This document shows, one piece after another, positions 14,911-27,052 of a stretch of 64,000 bases of DNA. The first letter of the stretch is position 1, and each line of letters starts with the position of its first letter. The DNA is taken from assembly GCA_964016885.1 (NCBI GenBank), contig OZ024742.1:203236001-203300000 (forward strand). The letters are read 5' to 3'. The notes under the pieces were generated by a model that saw nothing but the letters and a program-made list of their open reading frames with translations, did not search any database and was not told where the DNA came from. Source of the DNA: Eledone cirrhosa (taxonomy: Eukaryota). The position numbers were made by a program, and so were the translations under genes.

Positions 14911-15329
14911 GGATAAAGGTGTATGTGAATATTTTTTATCACCAACACCATAACTTCATCACCTCCACCACCACCATCACTACCACCACGAACATGACCG
15001 CCATCACCAGCTTCGAAACCTTCTCTACCCCACCACCATCATTGCATTCGCATTACTACACGACCACCATCACCACTACCATTACATAACCAACACCATC
15101 AGCACCCCCAACCTCACTGCAATATCCCAGTCATAGAACCACCACCATAATTCTAGACACGTGATTCATGTATGATCTAATTTTTCAGATCGAGCTATTG
15201 GAATTACAAGTCGAAAATAAATCAATAGTGATCCCTTATGAAAATCCTTTTAAATTATATTTTAATAATATTTCATATTTTTAATGAAGCATTCTGCCAC
15301 AGCACTAACACCACCAGCCTCATTTGTAA

Positions 15330-15505
15330 TAATGGTTTCTGATTTAGGCACAAGGCTTACACTTATGGATGAGAGGAAAGTTGATCAAATCGATCCCAGT
15401 GCGTTACTGGTACTTTATTTTATCTACCCTGTTAAGATGAAAGGCGAAGCTAACTTTGGCGGGATTTGAACTCGGGGCGTAAAGAGCCGGATCAAATATT
15501 ACGCG
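15330..15505 (-). mobile_element. tRNA-derived SINE (gagttcaaatcccgcc family)
   Basis: Reverse complement of B-box gagttcaaatcccgcc and of the tttgcctttcatc...gataaaataaagtaccagt core. Confidence 0.75.
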
Positions 15506-15565
15506 ATGTATTATATATATATATATGGACATCATATATATATATATATATATACATATATATAT

Positions 15566-15759
15566 GAAAAGAGTCAGGACCCCCGACGGCTGAGCTCCGG
15601 CCGTTTCGACAGATAGATCCGAACTGATCTAGTTGTCGGAACGAACGGAGCTCAGCCGTCGGAGTCTTGACTCTTTTCATATTACTCACTCAACGACCCT
15701 AAGTATTGAGTAGTCTGGTGCGTTATGGTCCACCTGGTATCTTACCACACCCTCTTTGT

Positions 15760-15762
<3 letters not shown>
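15566..15762 (+). mobile_element. Half-HHR palindrome family copy
   Basis: ~55-bp-arm palindrome 15566-15680 plus the shared tail ggtgcgttatggtccacctggtatcttaccac. Confidence 0.75.
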
Positions 15763-15790
<28 letters not shown>

Positions 15791-15793
15791 CTA

Positions 15794-15883
<90 letters not shown>

Positions 15884-16245
15884 TGTGTGTTTATATACAA
15901 CTCCGATAATTATTCTGTACTCCTTTGCGGTTGATTTTAACTGACACGATTGTTGATGACCTATTTCTAGCGCTCCTTTTTAACTTCTCCCCCGTCCACT
16001 TGTTGCTTTCTTCCTTCTGGTCACCAAGAACGTGAAAACACATACATGTATATTGCGGACAAAAGAAGTACAGTTTTCCTATTGTACGAGAAATCCCCTG
16101 AAGATTAACGATTTCTCTTAATGTCTTGGCTAGTTAAGATGTTTGATATTGGTCTTACGCTATGAAACTGCAGTTGGGATATTTGGAGTGAGTATCATTA
16201 ATGCTTCTGAATTTATTTTTCTAATAACCTCCATTTATGAATAAA

Positions 16246-16316
<71 letters not shown>

Positions 16317-16318
<2 letters not shown>

Positions 16319-16492
16319 GAAGGAAATGTGGTAAGGAACCAGGTGGACCATAACGCACCAACGTAGTAGAGTGGGTAATAGGAACGAGTAGGACCCCGAC
16401 GGCTGAGCTCAAGCCGTTTCGACGGCTAATTCTGAGTCCAGAATTAGCCGTCGAAACGGCTTGAGCTCAGCCGTCGGGGTCCTACTAGTTCC

Positions 16493-16495
<3 letters not shown>
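16317..16495 (-). mobile_element. Half-HHR palindrome family copy
   Basis: Near-perfect palindrome 16378-16494 centred on ctg-agtc-cag; (TA)n on both sides. Confidence 0.8.
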
Positions 16496-16561
<66 letters not shown>

Positions 16562-16675
16562 AAATTATTGGGGTGGGGAGAATACACACACCACACACAC
16601 ATACACAAACATACACACATATGCACATATATATGTATGTGTATGTGTTTGTATATATATATATATATATATATA

Positions 16676-17025
16676 TCAATGATATTAATAAATGGAAACT
16701 ATATTTATAAAACCATATTTATTCTATTATATATATTTCAAGAGTACCAGGAACAAAGTATCCAGGAAAAACTTGAAACGTTAAGATCTCCTTCCTGGAT
16801 ATGTCAATATTTATAAAACAAACTTTGTATTTTATCTGATGAGAGCGTACCAAATGTTTGGTACTCTTGAAATATATATAATAGAATAAATATGGTTTTA
16901 TAAATATAGTTTCCATTTATTAATATCATTGATATTATACTCCAGAAAATATCTTGAGTGCTTCGAATCAGTTATAAATATATACATTTGTTGAATTACC
17001 AACAAATTAAATATCCCTTTTGCTT
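16676..17025 (+). mobile_element. Solo PLE pLTR with 5' inverted copy; same family as 5075-6622
   Basis: 16676-16748 is the reverse complement of 16859-16932; HHR inside; a related piece lies at 19438-19627. Confidence 0.8.
16828..16888 (+). ncRNA. Type-I hammerhead ribozyme (CUGAUGA)
   Basis: tattttat-CTGATGA-gagcgtaccaaa/tttggtactc-GAAA-tatata-TA-atagaata. Confidence 0.85.
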
Positions 17026-17036
17026 ATATATATATA

Positions 17037-17800
17037 CTAGCAGCAGTACCCAGCGTTGCCTCGGTAGGTAAAATAATATCTGCTTTGATGAAAAAGTGTT
17101 GATCTTAGCGACTGCTTCTCGACGACTCATCTATGGCCACACACAGGCCATGCTGGGAAGGGTCGTGATGACCTTTATGACGCGGGTGACTGACGAAGGG
17201 TCATACTGGGGAAGGGAGTTTCGAATTTGAACGAAATCGGTTGAAAAATGTGGGAGCTAGAGCCGAAAAGGCGGAAATTTGAGCGCAAAGGTGGTATTTT
17301 CGAATATTTAAGCGGCTGCCACGCCGTTCCTGAACAAAAAATCCAAAATGTAAAGCCACTTTAAGACGTGAAATAATCAGATCTAGTAGGTTGATTAATG
17401 TGGGAGCTAGAGCCGAAAAAGTGGAAATTTGAGTCTAAAAGTGGTATTTTTTTAATATTTAAGCGGCTGCTACGCCGTCCCTGAACAATAAATGCAAAAT
17501 ATAAAGCCATTACAGGATGTGCAAATGAGAAATTCTATTTTCCTTTGAAATTTGAACGAAGTCGGTGGTAAAATGTGGGAACTAGAGCCAAAAATCTTAT
17601 TTTTCGATACCTAAAAAAAGGTGATTTTTATCTGCAGAATGACCCCGGAATAAAAAAAAATGATACGCTGATATATAGAAAACACTCCCCGATGACTAAT
17701 CTATGAACCTGTAAAGTTTCATGAAAATCGGTCGTAAGATGTAGGCCCCTATAGGTAATACACAGGCACACACACATACTTAATTTTATATATATACAGA
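17037..17800 (-). mobile_element. Non-autonomous Helitron with internal ~150-175-bp tandem repeats
   Basis: Minus strand begins TC, ends with a GC hairpin (ccgaggcaacgctggg) + CTAG, inserted at A|T; tgtgggagctagagcc repeated three times. Confidence 0.75.
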
Positions 17801-18132
17801 TATATATATATAGGTGTGTGCGTGCATGCATGCGGGTGGTTTGTGTGTTTATGTGTGTGTATAATAGCTGTAAGTTTATTTAGTATGTTTAACAATACTT
17901 CAAATATTACGTATTAAGTATATTGCGATGTGCTTAATAGATCTATAACGCTAAGTGCTTGATACAGCGAAGAACATTATTTATATTGAACCAATTTAAG
18001 TATGATAGATCTATAGCACACACAAACATATATATCAGATATATATATGTTTGTGTGTGTGTGTGACTGTGTGACTGTGTGTGTGTGTGTGTATGTATGT
18101 ATACATACACACACATATATAAATATATATAT

Positions 18133-18215
<83 letters not shown>

Positions 18216-18414
18216 CACATATATATACATATATAGATATATCAATATTATAACATGATCATGTGACTGACCCACTTTGCGTTAGATTTTGTCTGGTAAT
18301 TTGAGCATCGATGTACTTCGCTGTTTTGTCTAGTTATCTATCTGTTTGTCTGTTTATTTCTCTATCTCTATCTATCGATCTGTCTGTCTAATTGTTTATC
18401 TCTCTAGCTGTAAG

Positions 18415-18840
18415 AGGTTATATGGTGGACGAGATTGAGAAGACTGAGGACAGATGCCTTTCTCTCCGGACAACAATTGATTCCCCTCTTTAGGTACCAC
18501 TTTAGAAGGAGAATCAGAGTGGAGAGAGAGGCACTGCACCCCAGTAAATTTACTGAAATGTGGGTGAATGCAACAGAAATGGCCCGAGTGATTGGGCCTT
18601 CTGTTTATAAACCTGTAGGTTGAAGAGAGCAAAAGGAAGAAAGGAGCACTTGCATAACACGCTCCTGAAGTTGAGGGTTGTTCTATCGACGGGGTATTAA
18701 ACAACCCATTTGTGGCGCCTCCCCTTATTGGGGATTTCGATTGTTTAATTTATTTGTTTCAATATTTTTACACGACTGTATGTAAAATCCCCGGCATGTG
18801 GCTTTGTTTTGTCCCCTTTTCTTGTTGGCCCTTGTGGCAA
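18415..18840 (+). mobile_element. Tx1/L1-like 3' terminal fragment
   Basis: WWTRLRRL...RIRVERE...SKFTEMWVN is homologous to the C-terminus of the Tx1 copy at ~2020-2200. Confidence 0.75.
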
Positions 18841-18853
18841 ATATCTATCTATC

Positions 18854-18924
<71 letters not shown>

Positions 18925-19255
18925 TTCCGTAACTGTCTACCTATATATATCTATTAATGTATGTGTACGACTGTATCTATCTTCGGACAAAAGAAACCAT
19001 AGCAACAATACGAAACGAAAGCACAAGTCTCCGAATTTTAGTTGATATGTGTTGGTTAATGATTAAAGAAATTATAGAAAAAAATTATTGAAATTGAAAT
19101 AAATGAATTTAAAATTAAATACGGTGATGACCGAAGCGACACGAGGGAGAAATTTTGGATAATCTCAAGGACTCAAGTATCATTATATAGAAAGTTACAA
19201 TCAAGGATTTACTCAAATATATTTTTACTACAAACATCATTTTTTACGATTTCTA

Positions 19256-19286
<31 letters not shown>

Positions 19287-19623
19287 TTATATATATATAT
19301 ATTTCAAATAGAGTGTTGAAAAGTATCAGATGGACCATTACCCACTAGAGTACTCGATACTTGGGTAGTAGCGGTCGAAATGGCCGAAGCTCAGCGGTCG
19401 GGGTCCTGAATCATTTCATATATATATATATATATATACGATATTAATAAATGGAAACTATATTTATAAAACCATATTTATTTCATTATATATATTTCAA
19501 GGATACCAAGTTAAATTATGGCATTTATTAATATCGTATATCTACTCCAAATATTTGTCGAGTGCTTTATATCAGTTATAAAAATATTTGCTTGTTGTAT
19601 CCCAACAATTTAAATAGAACTTT

Positions 19624-19660
<37 letters not shown>

Positions 19661-20032
19661 AGGGAAAAGACCCCTTTCGGTCACAAATGACCAGGGGATT
19701 TTTACCTAGAAAGTTCCCCTCCGAGGCACAAGTCCGGCAAGATTGTTTGACACACTATGTATACACTATATACACAAATATATGACGCGATCAAAGAGAA
19801 TAGCATGAAATGAAGTGATTTGTTCAAGGACACAACCCACCATATGTTCCGCGAATCGAATCATGATCGTACGATTGTGAACCCAACAACTTAATCACTA
19901 AGTTACGCTCCTTCACAGGTTGATCTATAACATTTTTTTTACTCGGTAAGGTCACGTACAAAGATTTAGTGGCCTTGAAATATATATTTATATATATATA
20001 TATATACACACACTTACATACATACATACATA

Positions 20033-20100
<68 letters not shown>

Positions 20101-20105
<5 letters not shown>

Positions 20106-22286
20106 TAACATAACAGATTAGAGTTTAAGCAAAGAATCGCTGCTTTCACCCTTAACGAGATCTTCTGAAACTAACAAAGTCAATCTGTAAACGCAGAGGT
20201 GAATATTTCAAAAAACGTTGCAACCGGAGGAAGACAGGAAGACGATACTTTGGTTCGTGGAAACGTTCCCTGGCAAAGAACGGGGAAAAGCGAATATAAT
20301 ACGTCATTATTTGGAGCAGTGAAAAACAATTACACGCAAAGACAGAACCACGTTTATGGTATAAAATAAGTCGTAGACTAATATTCTATTAAGTGGTTCA
20401 TAGAGACGTTCTCTGGCAATGAACGGAAAAAACGAAGGTAAACGAGCATATTTTCAACGACCATTCAACATATTACAATGAAGCTCTTGCTCGGAGTGGA
20501 TTTGTCGATAAGGTAGTATATACAGAGTACGAGAATAGACCTAACGGAATAGATCCCGACGCATTATATGGTATAACCCACCATATAATATGGAGGTGGC
20601 CACACCATTAGCTAAGATCTTTCTATCCCTCATTACGAAACATTTTCCCCCTACACATAAATATAGTAAAATTTTTAATAGAAATACTATTAAAATTTCT
20701 TACTCTACGGCTCCTAACCTTGCACATAACATCACAGCTTCAATTTTAGCTAAACTACGTAGCCACAGGAACACGTGCAACCCTGTAGTTAGTACTAACT
20801 GTAATTGTAGGAATCGGGTTGATTGCCCCCTATCCGGGAAATGCCTCTCTAGTAACATTGTCTACAAATGTAAGGTTGAAACACCCACGTCCCGTAGGGC
20901 TTACATAGGGTTAACCGCCAATAGATTCAAGCAGCGTCTTTACATGCATAACCATTCTTTTCGTTACCCTCTAAGAAGGAATATGACGTCACTGTCAGCT
21001 TATATCTGGAGTCTAAAAGACAACCACACCCAATATAAGTTACACTGGGAGATCCTAGCTAGGGCTAGATCGTATAACGGAAATAAAAGACCATGTGACC
21101 TCTGCGCCGCTGAGGCCCTGGAAATACTCTACGCCACACACCACATCTTAAACAAAAAATCTGAGGCTATTTCGGCTTGTAAACATAAATTGCACAAAAC
21201 TTTCCTGTATTACAGCCCCACATTATACCCTAACGGATAGTACGATCTATACGCGGATATTTTACGTCTTGATGTGGTAGCTAAGTATATGTTATGTTTA
21301 TACCATTACTTATTTGCATAGGTAAGTATATATTACCTGTATGTTTTGTGAAGGTACGTATACTTTCTCGTACGTATATTTGATTGTATATGTTAAGGCG
21401 TATTTTTTATATATTCTGGTACATATGCTTTTGGTTATGTGTATACGTGAGTTTTGCGTCTGTGCGAGTATGCGGGTTCGTACGTATATAGGGTGTGTGT
21501 ATATGTGTACTTCGTATTTTGGTTGACGTACGTCTCCGAACATTTGTGTATTTACATGTAGGTAGGTGTGTGCGCTTGTTATATACGTTTATTTAATTAT
21601 TTGTATACACGCACACACACACATATTTATATGTGCGTGTATTTGTATACCTATGACGAGTGTTTTCGCGTATGCTTGTGTATGTACGTAGTTGGATGCG
21701 TGTATGTATTTATTTAATTTCAATTACCTCTGTATTTTATTTACTTATTCTTAACTTTGAAGCGGTTTCCTAGTTAGAATTTTAGTCTACGACTTCAGTT
21801 ATACCATTTACGTGGTTTTGTCTCTGCGTGCAATTGTTCTCGACGCCCCACATATGACGTATTATCTTCGTTTTTTCCGTTCATTGCCAGATAGCGTCTC
21901 TATGAACCACCTAAGAGAATATTAGTCTACGACTTCTTTTATACCATAAACGTGGTTCTGTCTTTGCGTGTAATTGTTTTTCACTGCTCCAGATAATGAC
22001 ATATTATATTCGTTTTTTCCCGTCCTTTGCCAGGGACCGTTTCCACGAACCAAAGTATCGTCTTCCTGTCTTCCTCCGGTTGCAACGTTTTTTGAAATAT
22101 TCACTTCTGCGTTTACAGATTGACTTTGTTAGTTTCAGAAGATCCTGTTAAGGGTGAAAGCATCAATTCTTTGCTTAAACTTTAATCTGTTATCTTAATA
22201 AATATTTGCTCTACGGTTCTTATATATTTGATATATTTATCCTTATCGAGCCCTCTTTGGATTTTAGTCTTCAAATTTATTATTAT

Positions 22287-22290
<4 letters not shown>
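20101..22290 (+). mobile_element. 5'-truncated PLE with inverted 5' pLTR
   Basis: 20101-20440 is an inverted copy of ~21865-22205; GIY-YIG ORF inside; (TA)n flanks; tentative CAGAAGA...GAAA HHR-like motif at 22136-22159. Confidence 0.85.
20590..21240 (+). CDS. PLE linker + GIY-YIG endonuclease (truncated ORF)
   Basis: IFNRNTIKISYS, CNCRNRVDCPL..C, IVY...YIG...FKQR..H, CDLC..E. Confidence 0.85.
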   Translation: MEVATPLAKIFLSLITKHFPPTHKYSKIFNRNTIKISYSTAPNLAHNITASILAKLRSHRNTCNPVVSTNCNCRNRVDCPLSGKCLSSNIVYKCKVETPTSRRAYIGLTANRFKQRLYMHNHSFRYPLRRNMTSLSAYIWSLKDNHTQYKLHWEILARARSYNGNKRPCDLCAAEALEILYATHHILNKKSEAISACKHKLHKTFLYYSPTLYPNG

Positions 22291-22329
<39 letters not shown>

Positions 22330-22337
<8 letters not shown>

Positions 22338-23142
22338 ACAAAGAAATACACAGACACATGCGAATACATACATATACATGCATACCCACATATATCCCTG
22401 AATTTGTGTGGTGCGAACCTTAACCGTTGTTGCGCTATGAATAATAGGGACAAAATAATCTGAATGGATTAGATTGATTCAATATCAGAGCTATATAATA
22501 CATTATAAAGAAAGAAGAAACATATTTGAAACTCTAAATGAGGTATCCTCTTGATAAGTCGGCAAACCTCACAAAAATACTGCATCTCTATAATGTAATG
22601 TTTTTGCATAATAGCCACGAATCTACGTAGTCGAGGATAATGAAGGAATTTAGGTATATCTTTTTATTTATATCTAATGTTTCTTCTCTCTTTATAATGT
22701 ATTATATAGCTCTAATATTGAATCAATCTAATCCATTCAGATTATTTTGTCCCTATTATTCATAGAACAACAACGGTTAAGGTTGGCACCACACAAATTC
22801 AGGGATATATGTGGGTATATGCATGTATATGTATGTATTCGCATGTGTCTGTGTATTTCTTTGTATTGTTTATAACTCCCTACGGTAGAGTAACCACTGA
22901 AGTATAGTGACTGCTGTTAAGCTTACACTAATTACACTTCTCGCCCACTTAGCCAACTCTTCTATGGCCTTGACATAAAAGTATCCTCTTGATAAGTCGG
23001 CAAACCTCACATAAATACTGCATCTCTATGATGTAATGTGTTTGCATAATAGCCACGAAACTACGTAGTCGAGGATAATAAAGAAATGTAGGTATATTAT
23101 ATCTTTTTATTTATATCTAATGTTTTTTCTTTCTTTATAATG

Positions 23143-23146
<4 letters not shown>
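22330..23146 (+). mobile_element. Non-coding tandem HHR element (retrozyme-like), 438-nt period, with 5' inversion
   Basis: gtatcctcTTGATAAgtcggc at 22543 and 22981; 22330-22523 is an inverted copy of ~22676-22870; (TA)n flanks. Confidence 0.75.
22982..23077 (+). ncRNA. Hammerhead with U3:A8 core (UUGAUAA) and extended stem II
   Basis: tatcctc-TTGATAA-gtcggc...gccac-GAAA-ctacgtag-TC-gaggata; 7-bp stem I, palindromic stem III, GUC site. The upstream copy (22544-22639) has GAAT. Confidence 0.75.
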
Positions 23147-23194
<48 letters not shown>

Positions 23195-23226
23195 AAGAAT
23201 ATCGATGGAATATGCTATATACACAT

Positions 23227-23258
<32 letters not shown>

Positions 23259-23629
23259 GTCCATGTACATGTGTATATGTATGTATTTCTGTATGTGTGC
23301 ATGTATGCATTTATGTATCCATGCATTCATGTATATTTGTAAACAGTGCAAACCATTATATGCTACCCTGTACCTATCCTAACAACTCAGCACTATAGTT
23401 TCCCATTTGTTAGTACTAAATATAGCATCAGTCCTTTGTCTTAATACATATCCAACTAAGTGAAGTCACTTAGTACTAAATCTCGCAAGTCTTTTGTCTT
23501 AGCACTAAATCCACCAGAGGCCCAATGTCTTAAAAGACAAAGGACCACGAGCACAGTGTGTACAGTACATAAACTGTGTGATAATAGCATTACTTAAGAA
23601 ACTTGCGCTGGAGGCTTAGGACAAAATGA

Positions 23630-24112
23630 ATATTAACAACAACAATAACGCTAGCGATAGCACCACAACAGCCACAACAACAATAATAATGCTAATGACG
23701 GCACCAACAACAACCACACCAACTACTACATAGACAACAGAAACAACGACAGCAACATTAACACCAGTCACAACAACATCGATAACGTTACTGACAGCAT
23801 CACAACAGCAACAACAATAATACTAGTGCCAGTATTAACACCAGCCACAACAACAACAATAACCACATGAACAATTCTAACACCGGCGAAAGAAACAAGA
23901 ACTTCAGCAAACATAACAACAATGACGACATCAGCAAAGAAAGCAGCTACGTTTGCAACACCATCAACTATCACAACAACAACAACAATAACAACGCTAT
24001 AGACGACCACAATAATGATGACATCAACAAAAACGTCAGTAACAACAATCACATCATCATCATCAACAACACCAACAACAATAACTACATCATTATCAAC
24101 AACAACAACAAT
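23630..24112. repeat. Degenerate (CAA)n/(CAT)n low-complexity tract
   Basis: Visible directly. Confidence 0.85.
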
Positions 24113-24519
24113 TGTCCTATCTCGCTAAATCTATTGATTTTATTTTGCTTTTCTTTTGCTAAACACCAATAGATCGATAAACAGTTCAATAGCCATTAGT
24201 GTCCCGCTACTGATCAATAATCACCCAATAATCAATATTGATTCTTATCAGAATTCCGTTGAGAAATAAAATACTAGAGCCATGTACTCCTGTCTAGCCG
24301 GACGAGAAAAAGATCTAGCTATTATTTCAAAGTAATATTCTGATGTATGACGACGGTATAGAAGGTAGCCATGACAGTTCGGTTCCATCATGCAACTATC
24401 AAAGGGGAAGGTGCTGCCGTTGTTGTTGTTATAGCCTAGCCAAGATACTCTCGTGGAATAACCAAATGACGTTTGTTTTTCAACATAGTCCTTGGAAAGA
24501 AACAATGCAGTTATTAATG

Positions 24520-24737
24520 GTTTCTTATATAAGCACAAGGCCAGAAATTTGGGGGGAGGGGAAAGTAGATTAAATAGACCCCCAGTGCCTGACTGGTACT
24601 TTATTTTATCGACCCCGTAAGGGTGAAAGGCAAAGTTAACCTCAGCGGGATTTGAACTCAGATCATAAAGGGCCGAAACTCTATGCTACGAAGAATGGCG
24701 TCCAACCCTCTACCGATACTGCCAATCCTCCGCCCTA
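24520..24737 (-). mobile_element. tRNA-derived SINE
   Basis: Reverse complement of ggcggaggattggcagtatcggtagag...gagttcaaatcccgc. Confidence 0.8.
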
Positions 24738-25490
24738 CAATGCAGTTATTAATACGAAGCGTTGAAATTAATGCCTGCAAGATTTCACATTACTAGCATC
24801 ACTCCTTCATAGTCAGTTTATGTACTTTTCAATCTACCCTCGAATAGTTACAACACTTATTTTCAGGCGAGTGATAATCCGGCTCCCTTTTAATCCAGAT
24901 ATAAATTTATCGTCCGCCGCAAGGCTAGTTAATTCATGTTAAGAGGTTACTACCTTCAATTCTATTTCATTTTATTAATTTGTACTTTTGTTGTATTCAG
25001 TTACGACTTCCTCTTTTCAGTTCAAAACTCACCGAGGTCCCTTCCTTTACATTTCCTGGTCTTGTATCTAAATTGGAAACCATTGTTATAATTAGGTAGT
25101 AGGGAAAATGTTTCCGACTTTATAATAATTTTCTATTATCTAGTAAAATAAAAACGGTTATTTCGGCACGTGTCTGGCAACAGGAGTGTGGGAAAATGAG
25201 TGGTGTATAATTCTCTTTGTTGTTGCTGCTGGTGTTGTTGTTGTTTGACTAGTAACTGACCTAACAACGAATTTATAAAAAAAATATCAATAAATGGATC
25301 AACGTCGGTTTCGTCGAAAAATGTTCCATTTGTTCGGTCATAGTGAAATAAATGTGTAAGTGACTGAGTACATGTGTTTCACAGATACGTGTAATCGTTA
25401 TATAAATCCCATTGATATTAACCAGGAGGCAATGTGTGACAAGGCCTCTCCTTTGAATTACAAGAAAAATGATTATTATCCATTACGTCG

Positions 25491-25695
25491 AGGGCAGTGG
25501 ATTGGCAGTATCGGTAGAGCGTCGGGCAACATGCTTTGCAGTATAGTGTTTATGTCTGAGTTCAAATCCCGCCGCAGTTATTTTTGCCTTTCATCCTTAC
25601 GGGTCCAATAAAATAAAGTACCAGTAATGCACTGGGGGAGGGGGGGATCTAATCGATTTCCTTTCCCTCAAAATGTTGTGCCTATATCAGAAACT
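25491..25695 (+). mobile_element. tRNA-derived SINE
   Basis: tggcagtatcggtagagcg (A box), gagttcaaatccc (B box) and the shared core. Confidence 0.8.
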
Positions 25696-26842
25696 GTTGT
25701 AGTTTACATGGTTATTGCTGATATTTGAAGGGGATTAATTTTGTCTAGCGATAAACCAGTTAGAATTACTGGTGAATGGTCAGCTACAAGGACATTTTCC
25801 AATACATTACTTATATGGGACAAAAAGCAATAATTTCCTTAACAGAGTGCAATGGTCCTCCGTCGTTTTCGACGAGGAGTGATCCAGTTGTTCAATCAAC
25901 GGAAGAGCCTGCTCATGGAAGTAACAAGCAAGTAGTTGAATATTATAGAAACACGTGTACTCTTAACGCAAGATGACACAATGTGTGACAAGGCTGGCAC
26001 TTTGAATTTCAGGTAGAATCTATCCGACGTTCTCTCGTCTGTTTAATTTCACACATAAAGTAGAGATCGGCCCGGGGCTATGGTATATAACACATGCTCA
26101 AGATGCCATGTAGATGGATCGAACTCGAAACATGATTGCGAAGTGAACTTCCTAACCATTCGGTCATGCGGCGTGCACTCTGTAATAGGTTAATGTCCTA
26201 TTCCTTCCAATATTTTCGTCATTTTCCTTTCGATTTTATGTGTTGCTATTTGATCGATGTAAATGGATAATTATGGGACCATTAAAGGAACATTATGTCG
26301 AGTTAAAGGTACCCCAGCTCTCATTGGCCTCAATAGAGTATTTTCATGTCTAATGTTCTACTTAGACAAGACGTTGAGAGGGGAAATCAAGGCCCTGTCA
26401 ACCAGCAGATATGTAACAACAACAACAACTATAATAATAATAATATTGGTTTCCCATTTAGGCACAAAGTCAGTAGTTTTGGGGGGAGGGAGAAGTCGAT
26501 GAAATCGAACCCAGTGCGTAACTTAATCAACTTTCCCCTCTCCCAAAATGCTGGTCTTGTTCCTAAAGTAGAAATAAATTATTATTTATTTTTTATTTTT
26601 TTTATTGATTTGGTACATAAACTTACATGAGTGCACTCTTCAAAATACACTACAAAACATTTACTGTATCGTTAACTATCTGTGTTAATATGTCTGTTTG
26701 TAGCTATTGATGTGTTTTACTGCATAAATACGTATACACAAACACACACACATGACACACACACACACACAAATAATAAATATATATATACATATGTGTA
26801 ATACATTCAGATACAAATGATATATATATATATATATATATA

Positions 26843-27032
26843 ATTGTGGTAGAACATTGGAAGGTAATATCCGTAGTAGTAGAGCACTCAGTCCATGTGA
26901 CGAGTTAGGTAGAAGTGGTTACACAACAGTTAGTTCGCCATACCGAGAACAATTGTTTCACCTTAGCTGAGGATCCGCTAAGGTGAAACAATTGTTCTCG
27001 GTTTGGTGAACTAACTGTTGTGTAACCACTTA
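26843..27032 (-). mobile_element. Fold-back PLE-tail fragment with HHR; same family as 63820-64000
   Basis: Palindrome 26912-27031 centred at the HHR core; CTGAGGA-tccgctaaggt-GAAA-caattg-TT at 26967-26996. Confidence 0.75.
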
Positions 27033-27052
27033 AATATATATATATATATATT

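Noticed and set aside
23395-23545. Spaced ttagtactaaat/tttgtctta repeats, CRISPR-like at first glance
   Set aside because: Short degenerate ~30-bp minisatellite in eukaryotic DNA; no cas genes
25491-25575. tRNA-like A/B boxes
   Set aside because: Heads of multi-copy SINEs with no cloverleaf, so not tRNA genes
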